This document shows, in pieces, positions 41,200 through 53,122 of a stretch of DNA of 64,000 nt (positions are counted from its first letter, which is position 1; the number at the start of each line of letters is the position of its first letter). Origin of the DNA: Octopus vulgaris (lineage: Eukaryota). A program made the position numbers and the translations under genes. The notes under the pieces were generated by a model that made no database searches, was not told where the DNA came from, and worked only from the letters and a program-made list of their open reading frames with translations. The DNA is taken from assembly GCA_951406725.2 (NCBI GenBank), contig OX597814.1:25916001-25980000 (forward strand), read 5' to 3'.

Positions 41200-42750
41200 A
41201 CATTCAGTTCCAATTAATAGTGATGGTGAGGTTTTGTTTGAGATGCATACTTTGTATCTTTCATGCATAGCTTTTAAGAGAGGTTTGATTTGAGAATCAT
41301 TCTCATCAAACCAGTCTTGATGCTTGCATTTAACAAATCCTAGAACTTCTTCAGCAAATGATCTGATGTTACAATGGTTAAACCACAAAACTTCAGGGTT
41401 CCTGTTTTCATTTATATTCTCAAGTTTTGAATTTTGATGTTTCAAAATTTTATATTGTTTCAGGATGTTTTAATGAAGACACATTTGTTCTAGGAGGAAT
41501 ATTGGATCTTAATGGCTTCTCTGTATATGATTGAGCAAATACCTTACAGCAAATCATTCTGTGACTCAAGTAACACTTCGGAGTTTTGTGAGCTCTGGTT
41601 AATCTGACATCACTGCAATCTTTGCTTTTAGTTATGACATAGCCAGGCATGTACCAGTTACCAGAATGAGGATGCTGCTAGGTGTTTTTATATTTATCTG
41701 CCAGCTAAAATATTGTGTTTGTAATTGTTAAACAAAATTGTTGTCAAAACTTTCCAGTGGTAAAAGCTCCAGGACAACATGGTATCCCCATAGAAGTGTA
41801 CAAATATGGTAGACAACATGTAAGATAGCTGCACAAATTGATCTGGTTGATCTGGGAAACTGGATCTCTTTCCCAGCAGTTCAAAGATGCATCTTAAACA
41901 CACTTCTACAAAAACAAAGGAAAGAAGATTGTATGTGATAATCACAGGGGAAGATGTTTGTTGTGCATGGCTGGAAAAATTCTTGTTGGAACTATATAAA
42001 TAAATATGAATTAAACAGCATATATCTTGAATACCAATGTAGATTTCAGGCTGGGAGAAGCACAGCTGTCATCATTTTTCACCTTAGGCAAGTTCAAGAA
42101 AATCAATGTTAAAATACCAAAGGTTAAAAGTGCTTTCGGAAAACTTTCCCAATATTTGTGGGATGAACATGGTGTCAGTTTAAAAACTAAGATAAGTATA
42201 TACAAATCTTGTATTTTGAGCACTCTTTGTATGGGGCAGAAGCATGAACTCCCTACTACAAACATATACAGAAACTTGAAACCTTTCACATGCACTGTCT
42301 GCACAATATCTGCAATATAGCATAGTAAAAGGAATCAAATATCAAATAGTAAGATAACATATCAAATTTTAGAAAAATGTGATATCTCTGGTATGAAAAT
42401 CATGCTGTTGAGAATTCAGTGCAGAAGGGCAGGACATAGTGTTTGAATGCAAAATGATCGCATTCCAAAAATTCTTTTGTATGGCCAACAAGTAGAGGGA
42501 TTTTGCAATAAAGAAAGATACCTGCTAAGGTGTAAGGATAAGTTGAAACAATCACTAAAACCTTTACAGCTTAATGTAACATCTCAGGAAAGTTATTGTA
42601 TAGATCGATTTGATGCAAAATGTGTATTGATGTATCTAAACAAATTGGGCTGAAGAAACAGAACAATAAAAGAACTTTATCCTGTAATCAACAGACACAT
42701 TTATCCAATCCCATCAAAATCAAAATCATCATTGTCCCTGTTGTGACTTC
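41200..42750. mobile_element. BovB-like RTE LINE with inverted 5' segment
   Basis: Minus 41200-41700: YVITKSKDCSDVRLTRA and LGFVKCKHQDWFDENDSQI (endonuclease end and linker). Plus 41720-42750: KAPGQHGIPIEVYKYG, FKDAS..YKNKG...CDNHRG, SAFGKL...KTKISIYKSCILSTL, RIPKILLYGQ. Confidence 0.8.
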
Positions 42751-42859
42751 ATAGTAAAATCCATACCTGGACTCAAATTACATTCACACATCTATTGCAA
42801 ATAGATGCAGCTTCAGTTTTTAATCGTTGCTTTTTTTTTTTTATTCTTTCCTTCAAAAC

Positions 42860-43335
42860 ACTCATTTATTGAAATCAATGAGAGTTGCATTTGTAGCAGG
42901 CTTGCTGCCTGTAGCGTTTTGTACCATGTTATCTGTTCTTTTCAACTATCTAATACTTTCCTGATTATTCTGGCCATGCCAAGGAAGTAAACTACTGGGC
43001 ACTCTATTCCAATTTCCTTTATATTCCTCTTGATGCCTTCTGATACTGTCCCCAAGGAACCAACAATAATTGGCACTGTCTTCACCTTCATTTTCCACAG
43101 CCAGACTATTTTGTACTTAAGAAAATTGTATATATGTATTTTTTGCCTTCCTTCTTGACAATTTATGGGTCAAAAGAGCATGCAAGTGTTACAATATAGC
43201 ACAGGTGGTGCACCTTGTCGACCACCACGAGGTCTGGTCTGTTATGCTCTAGCACCTGATCTATTTGGATTGGGAAATCTCAGAGGATTTTGCAAGTCTC
43301 CAACTCCACCACTCTCTGTGATTTGTGCTCATACT
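42860..43335 (-). mobile_element. R4/Dong-like RLE endonuclease fragment
   Basis: CKIL*DFPIQIDQVLEHNRPDLVVVDKVHHLCYIVTLACSFD...TVPIIVGSLGTVS contains the RPD catalytic motif. Confidence 0.8.
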
Positions 43336-43352
43336 ACATATATTATTACATA

Positions 43353-43391
<39 letters not shown>

Positions 43392-43392
<1 letters not shown>

Positions 43393-43935
43393 GAGTAAGA
43401 GAGCAGTGCATGACATCAAAGTGACACTGGGGTAAAATATATGAAGTCCAGTATATGCATCATGACTACCTGTCTGTTAAGAGTACACCAAGCCCGTGCA
43501 TCACAACTACATGTGCATGACACAGTGATCTCATATCAAGATAAATAGTGCATCACCTTGCAAGTGGGGCTCGGTTAAAATTTTCATCAGATCGAGTAGC
43601 CTGTCCCACACAAAAGGTCCCTGAATAAAGTTTATTTAAGGATGTTGAACACCCATGTTTCCAGAGGTGAATTATTCAAACCCTAAAGAATTCTTCTCAA
43701 CACACAGCTACAATGCTCTCCCACTACTTCTGCTCATGATCAGAGATACACATATCATCAGTCACTAAGGGACATGCTCAACTGGTTAAGGTCAAGCACC
43801 TGACAAGCAAATCTGTGGTATTGAGCAGAATATTTGCTGTAGCCCATCTTTTATACCAAGACAAAACAATGTACATGATAACACTTCCAATCATTTAATA
43901 TCAGAAGCCATGAGAGTCACATCCTGGTAATACAC
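43392..43935. repeat. Family D repeat copy
   Basis: Colinear with 39839-40380; follows (ATT)n. Confidence 0.9.
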
Positions 43936-43989
43936 TCAGCACATTAGACTGTTGGAAAAGAGAAGGATCCTAACATCAGGCTACAATCA

Positions 43990-44850
43990 GTAGCCTTAAA
44001 TGCCAACATCCCTCCTATTAGGTTACAGCAAGTAACCTTTGATACCAAGAACCCTCCTAAGTATCCTAGCTGTCCATAATAACACTGTTTACTGGAGCTG
44101 TACTGAACTGGGTTTTCTGCTTATTTCCTCTATCCATCTGTTCAGATCTATAGGGATATTTCCCAATATGCTGATAACTAATGGGAATATTCGACCCTCT
44201 TCCCACACATTCTGCAGAGGTTTGCTGCACTTGTGTGGTATATATCACATTTCTCTGAGTTGGTTTTCAATGCTTGATCCAGGGCAGCAATGACTATGCT
44301 TTCAGTATTCTTTTTTTAGGCCACCCTTGCTGGCCACCTCCATAATGTTTCCTGGTTTTTTAAATGTTTTAGTTTCATGGTGGAACTTACCATGTAATTC
44401 CATGCAGAGTAGGGTTTCTTCTCTCTCGTTGACTGGTCATGATTGGAATTCATGAGCACTCTCAAGTCCATTTTTGGTAAATCCTTTTGCATTAGCAGCA
44501 TACTGTATCAGGTTTTGTTTGCTGTTTACCAAATATTCTGCCATGTTTCATCTTTCACTGTTGATCCACTCCTGTATACTAATCAGTCCACATCCACCTT
44601 TACTCCTCTTCATGTAGAGCTTGCATACATTTGCCTTAGGATGGAGGGCATCATGCATTGTCATTGTCTTTAGGGTTGTGCAATTAAGCTGGTAAATCTC
44701 CGCTAGTGTCCATTTCAGGATGGGTGCACTATAGTAGACTACAGCAACAGCCCATATGTTGATGGCAGTTACAAGGTTCCTTGAGTTGAGTTCTGATTTC
44801 AAGAGAAGTTTGAGGCACTTGAAATATGCAGTGATGAGTTTGTCTTTGAT
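43990..44850 (-). mobile_element. R4/Dong-like fragment
   Basis: KLLLKSELNSRNLVTAINIWAVAVVYYSAPILKW...ALHPKANVCKLYMKRSKGGCGLISI. Confidence 0.85.
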
Positions 44851-44852
44851 TG

Positions 44853-44883
<31 letters not shown>

Positions 44884-45128
44884 ATGTTTGACTTTTACTT
44901 TGTATTTGTACAATAGGTGTATTGCAAAAACCTGGATTATTTGGAACTGCACACATATTGTGTAAAGTACTGTCTGAGGTCCTTGTTGTGACTTGATAGA
45001 CACTACATACCTCTGGTACCTATAATGTCTTCAATCAACAAAAAAAACAGTAGTAGTGTGGAAGCAGAGTTGTTGTTGTTGTTGTTGTTGGTGGTGGCGG
45101 TGGTGGTGGCGGTGGTGGTGGTGGCAGC

Positions 45129-45159
<31 letters not shown>

Positions 45160-45721
45160 GCAGCAGCTGTGAATAAGATGGCGATGATTATAAAGCTGTT
45201 AGTGGTTTTAAAGCTGGTGATGAGAAGGAGGAGAGGTGGAGGAAGATTGAAATATATTTACATCTGGATTAGATGCTGAGAAACATCCTCATTTCCTAAT
45301 GATTAGTCATCTAAAAAGACCTGTATAATAGGTGGTGACAAATAGAGCAGAACCATCCACTTGATTGGAAAATATTTTGTTGATTATTCTCATGTAGTTT
45401 CAATCATATGACCTTTACTATACAAGTAGACAACTGGATGATAGATCCCATAGACATAATTTTTTCAGAAGTGTTCAACTATTTGATCATCTAATTTAAC
45501 TTAGAGCAGTCAGGCATGTCTAAATGCTGTTTTATTATTATTATTTTTTTCCAGTAAAAGTCAAATGTCAAATTTAAATGACAGCATCCTATGTCTGTAA
45601 ATATAGCAGAAATATAAACATTAAAATAACATGAAACCTATTTTCAGCACAAACTTGATATATTCTACTTTTTAAAAAAAATTAATTAGTGCCAAAGGCA
45701 GATTTAATGTTGAGAGGTAAT

Positions 45722-46247
45722 TTTTATTCCCACTTGGATGTGGATGTTCTGCAAGAAGAAACTATATTGCAGTAGTTACCATGAGAGAAACTCTCATGTT
45801 GGCTTTTGGTACAAAATGCACTCTTGCTTATATTGCTAGTGGGAAGACAAATCCCCACCATCTCCAGTGCTGAGACTACCAGATCACATAACTTCGACCT
45901 ACCTTGGTTTTATCAATGATGGATACCCAACTGCTACTGATAACAAGCTAACTGGCTAATCCTAACATCAGCACCCGTTCTGGCATTGTTATTCTCCATA
46001 TCACTGGCAGAGAGATGAATTGCTGCTATCTCTATCATTCAAGGGTCCATCATTGACAAGACCAAAGAAGGTAGAAATCACATTGTCTGATAGTCTCAGC
46101 ACTGGAGGTGACAGAGATTTATATCCCAACTAGCAATATAAATAAGAGTACATTTTGCACCAAAACCCAATTTGAGAGTTTCTCTCATGGTGTCTACTGC
46201 AGTATATTTTGTTCTAACAGAACATTCACATTTCAGTGGGGATAAAT
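45722..46247. repeat. Old imperfect ~205-bp inverted repeat (MITE/foldback-like)
   Basis: 45722-45927 vs 46044-46247, e.g. ccatgagagaaactctca / tgagagtttctctcatgg and ctccagtgctgagacta / tagtctcagcactggag. Confidence 0.85.
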
Positions 46248-46548
46248 ATTAGTATTCCACTTTCTGTCCTACTGATAAGGATTTTCAAAATATTCTTGCA
46301 ACAAATAGGTCATCATCATTATCTTCATCATCATCACTTAGTGCCTACTTTTCCATAGTTGCGTAGGTCAGATGGAATTTTGTTAAAGCAGAATTTCAAT
46401 AGCCAGATTCCTTTCCTGTCACCAGCCCATACCTGTTTCCAAGCAAAGTAATATTTCCTCATGGCCAAGCATGTTTTCCCTGGAAGACTGCAAATGAGTG
46501 GTGCTTGTTTACATCCATCACCATCAAGAGAAAAGGTACACACAAACA

Positions 46549-46619
<71 letters not shown>

Positions 46620-46970
46620 CATCATCATCATCATCATCATCTTGGCATGATTTCTACACATACAATGGGCTTCTTTCAGTGTCCATCAACCATCCTACGG
46701 TTGATGGACACTTAAATATAAAAAGCAAGAGTCTCAACCACACAGCCTGCAAATAGATCTATGCAAACTCTAACATCTTTGTTGTAATACAACAGTGACT
46801 TCTTATCTATAAAATGGCGGTTAAGGAATGGCTTATAAGAACAGTGCAAGCCATGCATGAAGATATTAGTAACATCTTCAGTAAGAAATTTAGTGTGCAG
46901 TTAGGTATTCATACTTTTTTCAGATAATAGTCATAAGTATTTATACATTATTTACAATGTTTGTTGTTAG

Positions 46971-47016
46971 CACAACAACGTTTCAGCTGAGGTACTCACC
47001 AGACTTCATCTGGTGG
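46971..47016 (-). ncRNA. Degenerate hammerhead ribozyme in inverted Penelope pLTR (family a)
   Basis: Minus strand: ccac-CAGAUGA-agucugg-ugaguacc-ucagcu-GAAAC-GUU-guugug. Inverted counterpart of 47796-47841. Confidence 0.55.
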
Positions 47017-47337
47017 AATTTTGAACCCAACCCTTTGAGGTACTCTTTTCTCATTCTTAAGGTACTCTTCTTTTGCTAATGTTATTTTTTCTGTAGATAT
47101 TATTTCCCAAGTCCCTGCCCGGGATTGATCTCAGAATCCAAGGGTTAGTAGCTTGCACTCTTATCCACTATGCTATGTGCCAATAGGCAATTATAGAGTG
47201 AACTTTTGGGCTTATAAACTTAATATTTTATCTTTTCTCAATACTGGTTCCTAAATTACATTCATAAATGCATTCGGTCTGCTTAGGAGGTTATTGTACC
47301 CTAGCATATGTGCTGCCTCTTTTAATTTTTGTATTAA

Positions 47338-47560
47338 GGTGAAACATGCCGCCCCCTAAAAATAAGGGTAGAGGAACATTGTAAAGCTGTGACATGAGGG
47401 GATATTGAAAAATCAGGTATATCTGATCATATATGGAAAAACAAAGACCACCTCACCCTATGGGATGAAGTTAAAATGATAGACAGAGAACACCACTGGA
47501 AACTACAAAAATTAAAAGAAGCAACACATATACTAGGACACAGTTGCCTCCTAAGCAGAC
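47338..47560 (+). pseudogene. Penelope GIY-YIG endonuclease C-terminal fragment (one in-frame stop)
   Basis: Manual translation GETCRPLKIRVEEHCKAVT*GDIEKSGISDHIWKNKDHLTLWDEVKMIDREHHWKLQKLKEATHILG fits the PLE pattern GET.R.L..R..EH...S....H....H...W..V..ID.E......KEA.HI. Confidence 0.85.
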
Positions 47561-47795
47561 CTTAGATAAAATATTAAGTTTATAAGCCCAAAAGTTCACT
47601 CTATAATTGCCTATAGGCATATAGCATAGTTAGTAGCACAGGCTACTAACCCTTGGATTCTGTATTCAATCCCAGGTAGGGACTTGGGAAATAATAGCTA
47701 CAGAAAAAAATAACATCAGCAAAAAAGAATACCTTAGGAATGAGAACAGAGTACCCCATTAGTCAGATAAAGTGTTGGGTTCGAAATCCCACCAG

Positions 47796-47841
47796 AACAC
47801 CCGATGAAGGCTGGACAGTACATCAGCTGAAACATTGTGGT
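47796..47841 (+). ncRNA. Degenerate hammerhead ribozyme in Penelope pLTR (family a)
   Basis: AACAC-CCGAUGA-A-GGCUGG-acaguaca-UCAGCU-GAAAC-AUU-GUGG. Lies in the right arm of the GIY-YIG-bearing element; homologous to the copies at 7589, 40524 and 46971. Confidence 0.65.
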
Positions 47842-48404
47842 AACAACAAACAAGGTGAAGAAACATAACTGTCCATTGTAAATAATGTACATAATTCCTC
47901 TCAAAAATATAGAATAGTATAAGTATTTATTCTTGTCACATGCAAGTGACAATGATATAGATTTTTGGAAGTAAGAAAAATTAAATTGTAGTTGATTCTA
48001 TTATCTTGGAACTTGACTTCAAATCTTATATCCATATTTTCTTATTTTTAAAATAACAAAAACTAATTCTTGATTTACAACCTACTCCTAAAATGAACTC
48101 AATTTGTTGATTAATCATAAATCTCTTCACTGCCTTTCGATAGCATTATCTATCTTACACAAATATTATCCACAGGGGGAATATTTTTCTCAATTTATCA
48201 CTTATCTGCCTCCATACAATATGCACACTAGAGGATATTTCAGATATTGTATAGGATAGAATAAAATTTATCAATTGGTGCAGACTACATTCTCTATCAC
48301 CACCAAGTTATCATTTTACATTAGCTATTTAACTGTCTTCTTCACAGTACTACCGTTACCAACCATTATTATCACCCACTGGTCACAACAGCAGCAGTAG
48401 CACC

Positions 48405-48898
48405 AATATAATCATTATAGTCATCAACATTGTCATCATCATCATCATCATCATCATAGTCATCCTCATCATCATCAACATTATCAACAACATTGTTGCT
48501 GTCATCATCATCATCATCATCATGGTCATCATCATCAACATCATCATCATGGTCATCATCATCATCATCATCATCATCATCGTCACGGTCATCAATATTG
48601 TTATCATCATCATGATTGTCATCGTCATCATTTTTGTCATCATCATCAACATTATCAACAATATTGTTGCTGTCATCAACATCATCATCATCATCATCCT
48701 CATGGTGATTAAGATTGTCATCATGAACATTATCAGCAACATTGTTGTCATCATCAGTATCAGCAGCATCATTATCCCCATTAACACCATCCCCGCCACC
48801 ATCATCACCATCATTATGATCGTTATCATCACCAACATTGTCATTATTATAAACATCATTATCAATATCATCATCATTACTATCATCATTATCATTAT
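48405..48898. repeat. Degenerate (CAT)n tract with internal higher-order duplication
   Basis: catcatcatcaacattatcaacaa.attgttgctgtcatca occurs twice (~48467 and ~48638). Confidence 0.9.
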
Positions 48899-49269
48899 AG
48901 CTTATATCTTTTTGCTATATTGCATGCTACACATAACATACATATACAAAAAGAGACACAATTTATTTCATTAAGCCCCTTTTGTTCAATACCTATTGTA
49001 TATAATGAGACATTAGTAAATGCCATATAACTCTTGTATGAATTACTGTTTTCTGCCTCATACAGACTGACAATCCAAAAGGTTTCATAAAATCATTCAG
49101 ATAACTGCAGGTGTGTAATGACTAAATACTAGCTTTTTATGAACAATTTCAATGAACTGATAGAATAGTCTCACAATAGAATCTATGCTTCAGACCACTT
49201 CATCTTCTTTCTTTCTCTCATTATGTCCTTCTCTCTTTCTCCTCTTTCTCTCTTTATGTATCATATATG

Positions 49270-49342
<73 letters not shown>

Positions 49343-49611
49343 CTTTTCCTTTCTCACTCTATATCTCTATATAATGGCCACCTAGGTTGATTATATACTC
49401 AGTGCTTTTATGTTTTCTGGTTTTACTTGGTTTCCACCTAAACAGGTTTTAATGTTATCTGAATACCTTTTTAAGCTAGTACTAACAAATATTTCCAAAC
49501 AAGTTATATCTATGGCACAACTTATAATCTGAATGCCTTGAAGTTTGACTCCTTTCAGTTGGAATATCTTTTGAAACTAAAATAAAATGCTATCATTTTG
49601 TTCTGGCAAAC

Positions 49612-49670
<59 letters not shown>

Positions 49671-50111
49671 ATGTATATATGTATGTAATGTATGTATGTA
49701 TGTATGTATGTACGTATACATGCATGTATGTATATTAGATACTGTGGTGACTGAATTAGCAGGTAGTGCCAAGTGTTTATGTTACATTGTGGAAGCAATA
49801 AATTTTTTAATGAGTTTCATATCTGCTGAATAGTTTATATTTTATGCAGTTATATTGTTTCAGCAATATCATTTCGGCACAAAAAAAAATCACGTTAATA
49901 ACAAAATGTTGTGTAAAATGTGTGCATGTATGTATATGTAAGTATGCCTATGTATAGATATATAAAAATCCTTTACTTTAAGATCAAAAGTTACTATTTA
50001 TTACATAATATTATATATAAATATGTATATCACATTGTGTGTTTGTGTGTGTGTGCATGTATGTGTATATATACACACACACACACACATATATATATAT
50101 ACATACACACA

Positions 50112-50154
<43 letters not shown>

Positions 50155-50156
50155 GT

Positions 50157-50446
50157 GGAGGCGCAATGGCCCAGTGGTTAGGGCAGTGGACTCGCGGTCG
50201 TAGGATCGCGGTTTCGATTCCCAGACCGGGCATTGTGAGTGTTTATTGAGCGAAAACACCTAAAGGCTCCACGAGGCTCTGGCAGTGGGTGGTGATCCCA
50301 GCTGTACTCTATCACCACAACTTTCTCTCACTCTTTCTTCTGTTGGCCTACTCGCTTAGCCAGCGGGGTGGCGTTTAGCGAAGCGCATTGTGACAGCAAT
50401 GTGTAGCAACATCTGATGGTCTGGTAGGTCACGTGATCTCGTGATA
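50157..50446 (+). mobile_element. tRNA-derived SINE
   Basis: A box TGGCCCAGTGG (50167-50177), B box GTTTCGATTCC (50211-50221), tRNA-like head and unrelated body; flanked by (TA)n. Confidence 0.85.
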
Positions 50447-50490
50447 TATATTTATATATATATTTGTTTGTATAAATATATATATATATA

Positions 50491-51322
50491 GGGTGTTCCA
50501 TAAAGGGTGCTGAATTTGAAAGGTGAATAATTAAAACGATTTCTTATAAACATGGTTATATTCTGCATATTTCTAATGAATTATGTCCCCTGTTTAGGTA
50601 TAGAACACAATGTCAGTCATATGTTGACCTGCACTGAGTCTGAGGATATTCATTTCCGGCAGTTTTGTTTATTGACAAATCCACTCAAGTGGGAGGGAGC
50701 CTTGTCACTGAAGATGATTTTCTTTGCAAAATTTTCATCAGCTGCAATTCTCTCCCCAATCCAGTCAGCAAACTTCCTCCACCTTCCTTGGTCAGGTGGC
50801 TGAAGATGATGCATAAGTTGAATTCTGTATGCATGCATATGGAGATCTTTATGCAAAATTCGATGTAATGAAGTCGTCAGGGTGCCTAACTGCTGTGAAC
50901 GTTGGCAAATTGATTTTCCAGGACTCAGAGTAACACTGCCTCACACAGCACTATTTTACAAGAACTATTTTACACAGGTGATTTGGATTGGGCGACACTT
51001 TTGTCCCTGAACCAGTTGTCTTAAACTTCGTCATTAGTCTGCAAACCGTAAACTCATTGGGTGCTTCATTTCTCCCCAAAATTGTACAAAGTATTTGAGC
51101 TGTTTGTGTCGCACTTTCTCTATTGTAGTAAAATGTCTTCATGATAAGAATTCTTTGCTTTGTTGTAAACTGGTCCATGGCACACTGCACACTATTCTGA
51201 AAAACAAACAAAAAACTATTAATTGGAGTGAAGAGAGATAGCAAACATAATAAAAGCATGCCTTCAAACTTCAGAACACAAAAGTGTCGCCCAATTCAAA
51301 TTCAGCACTTTTTATGGGACAG

Positions 51323-51324
<2 letters not shown>
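50491..51324 (-). mobile_element. Internally deleted IS630-Tc1-mariner element (DD41D/rosa-like transposase)
   Basis: ~30-bp TIRs flanked by TA. MDQFTTKQRILIMKTFY...RLMTKFKTTGS (DUF4817-like N-terminus) and HKDLHMHAYRIQL...IIFSDKAPSHLSGFVNKQNCR (resembles FSDEAHFHL.G.VNKQNCR). The C-terminal catalytic half is missing. Subfamily assignment is from recall. Confidence 0.85.
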
Positions 51325-51379
<55 letters not shown>

Positions 51380-51487
51380 ATAGGTTGTTCCATAAAAAGT
51401 GCCGAATTTGAATTGGGCGACACTTTTGTGTTCTGAAGTTTGAAGGCATACTTTTATCATGTTTTCTATCTCTCTTCAGTCCAATAT

Positions 51488-52128
51488 AGATGTGGTGTGC
51501 AAAAGAGACGACTGCACTGGTATGGTCATGTGTTGCGAATGAATGAGGACAGCTGTGTGAAAAAGTGTCACACCCCAGCAGTTGGGGGAACCTGTAGAAG
51601 AGGTAGATCCAGGAAGCCTTGAGATGAGGTGGTGAAGCACGCCCTTTGAACATTGGGCTTTACCAAGGCAACAACTAGTAACTGAGACCTTTGGAGATAT
51701 GCTGTGCTTGAGAAGACCCAACAAGCCAAGAGAGACCATAGCCCATGCCCTATGCCAGTGGGTGTAATCAGCCCACTTATGAGCACCCCTCATTCATTGG
51801 ACAATAAACTTTGCTTGCAAAGACCTATTGAGGCAAGTGAAATCAAAATCAAAATCAAAATCGCTGACATGGCCGATAACAGTAACGCCTGATTAGCACT
51901 CATGCCAGTGGAACGTTAAAAGCACATCTGAGCATGATTGTTGCCAGGGCTGCAGATTGGTTCCCATGCTGGTGACATGTAAAAAGCACCACTCAAGCAT
52001 GATCATTGCCAGCGTTGCCTTACCAGCACATGTGGTGCAGCCTTCTGGCTCCCCACTCCTCAGTCAAACAGTCCAACCCATGCCAGCATGGAAAGCGGAC
52101 GTTAAACAATGCCGATGATGATAATGAT
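51488..52128 (+). mobile_element. RTE-clade LINE 3' fragment
   Basis: RCGVQKRRLHWYGHVLRMNEDSCVKKCH...RRGRSRKP, then tail ...caacccatgccagcatggaaagcggacgttaaac(GAT)n. Confidence 0.85.
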
Positions 52129-52254
52129 GTATATATAATATAAGCAAATGTATGTGTTTGTGTGTACCTCTGCGTGTGTTTGTGTGTGTCTGTGTGTGAG
52201 AGAGAGTATTTGTGTATATACATGTGTGTATGTATCTATGTATATATTACAGCA

Positions 52255-52520
52255 CGACAGTATCAACCAGACTATCAGATGTTGTTATACATCGCTAGTC
52301 ACAATGCACTTTGCATTGTTTTAGCCTTTGAATGATGCTACCCAACTGGCTAGATGAGTGGGCTAACATTCCTTCAGATTGGAAGGCTATTCTGTGGCAG
52401 TGTTACCCATTTACAGCTGAATGGACTGAAGTAACAGGAAATGAAGTGTTTTGCACAAGAATGCATGACGTTCTGTCTAGGAATCAAACTCACAATCTAG
52501 CAACTATGAGTGCAACGCCA
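52255..52520 (-). mobile_element. SINE sharing its 3' tail with 50157 but with a different 5' body
   Basis: Reverse complement of 52258-52362 matches 50350-50430 (agccag...gcattgtgac...caacatctgat.gtctggt). Confidence 0.7.
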
Positions 52521-52571
52521 TGCACCTTTAAATCTAAGTGCATACACACACATATATATACAGTATGTATG

Positions 52572-52623
<52 letters not shown>

Positions 52624-52662
52624 ATTATATATATATATACATAAATATATAAATATACATAT

Positions 52663-52712
<50 letters not shown>

Positions 52713-53069
52713 TTATATATATGCATAAAGAGAGAGAGAGAGAGAGAGCAAGAGTTAGCAGTTGTAGTAACTGACTAAGGGATAAAATATCTGAATATAC
52801 TATCAGTATCCATTACCTGTGTTATCCCTGGGAAATGGTGTGCAGGGACACCATATACATCAAGTGCAGGTGACAATAGGATAAACAAATGTTTATCAGG
52901 AACCAATGCAAATAATTAGCAAATGGAGAAAAACATAGATTAACCAGTACATTGATAGGACATGTTTAAAACTTGCTTATTGATACAAAGCAAGACATAA
53001 CAAAGCTAACAGCTGTTTCTGAACAAATTCCCAGAATGCAGTCTATACATAAATGCAAGAATAACATTC

Positions 53070-53122
53070 TTCATCTTTATAGTGCATTCAAATCAAAGCA
53101 ACTGATCTTCATCAGGGTGAAA
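53070..53122 (-). ncRNA. Possible decayed hammerhead motif
   Basis: Minus strand: uucacc-CUGAUGA-AGAUCA-guugcuu-UGAUUU-GAAU...; helix III and the cleavage site are unclear. Confidence 0.3.

Larger units (their letters stand above)
46945..47918 (+). mobile_element. Penelope-like retroelement: inverted pLTR, GIY-YIG endonuclease 3' fragment, pLTR
   Basis: 46945-47332 is an inverted, diverged copy of ~47503-47890. Both arms carry hammerhead motifs. A 12-bp direct repeat ATAAGTATTTAT at 46933-46944 and 47919-47930 is a candidate TSD. Confidence 0.85.

Noticed and set aside
45069-45168. GC-rich island / poly-Ala coding segment
   Set aside because: It is a compound (GTT)-(GGT)-(GGC)-(GCA) triplet repeat.
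48383-48974. Long ORFs rich in Met/Ile (also poly-YI, poly-Y, poly-L and LSIY ORFs at 3547, 6352, 11672, 19208, 19688, 33571, 36397, 58705)
   Set aside because: Stop-free read-through of microsatellites; no coding evidence.
50157-50230. tRNA gene
   Set aside because: A and B boxes are present, but the sequence continues into a SINE body shared with 35370 and has no poly-T terminator; it is a SINE head.
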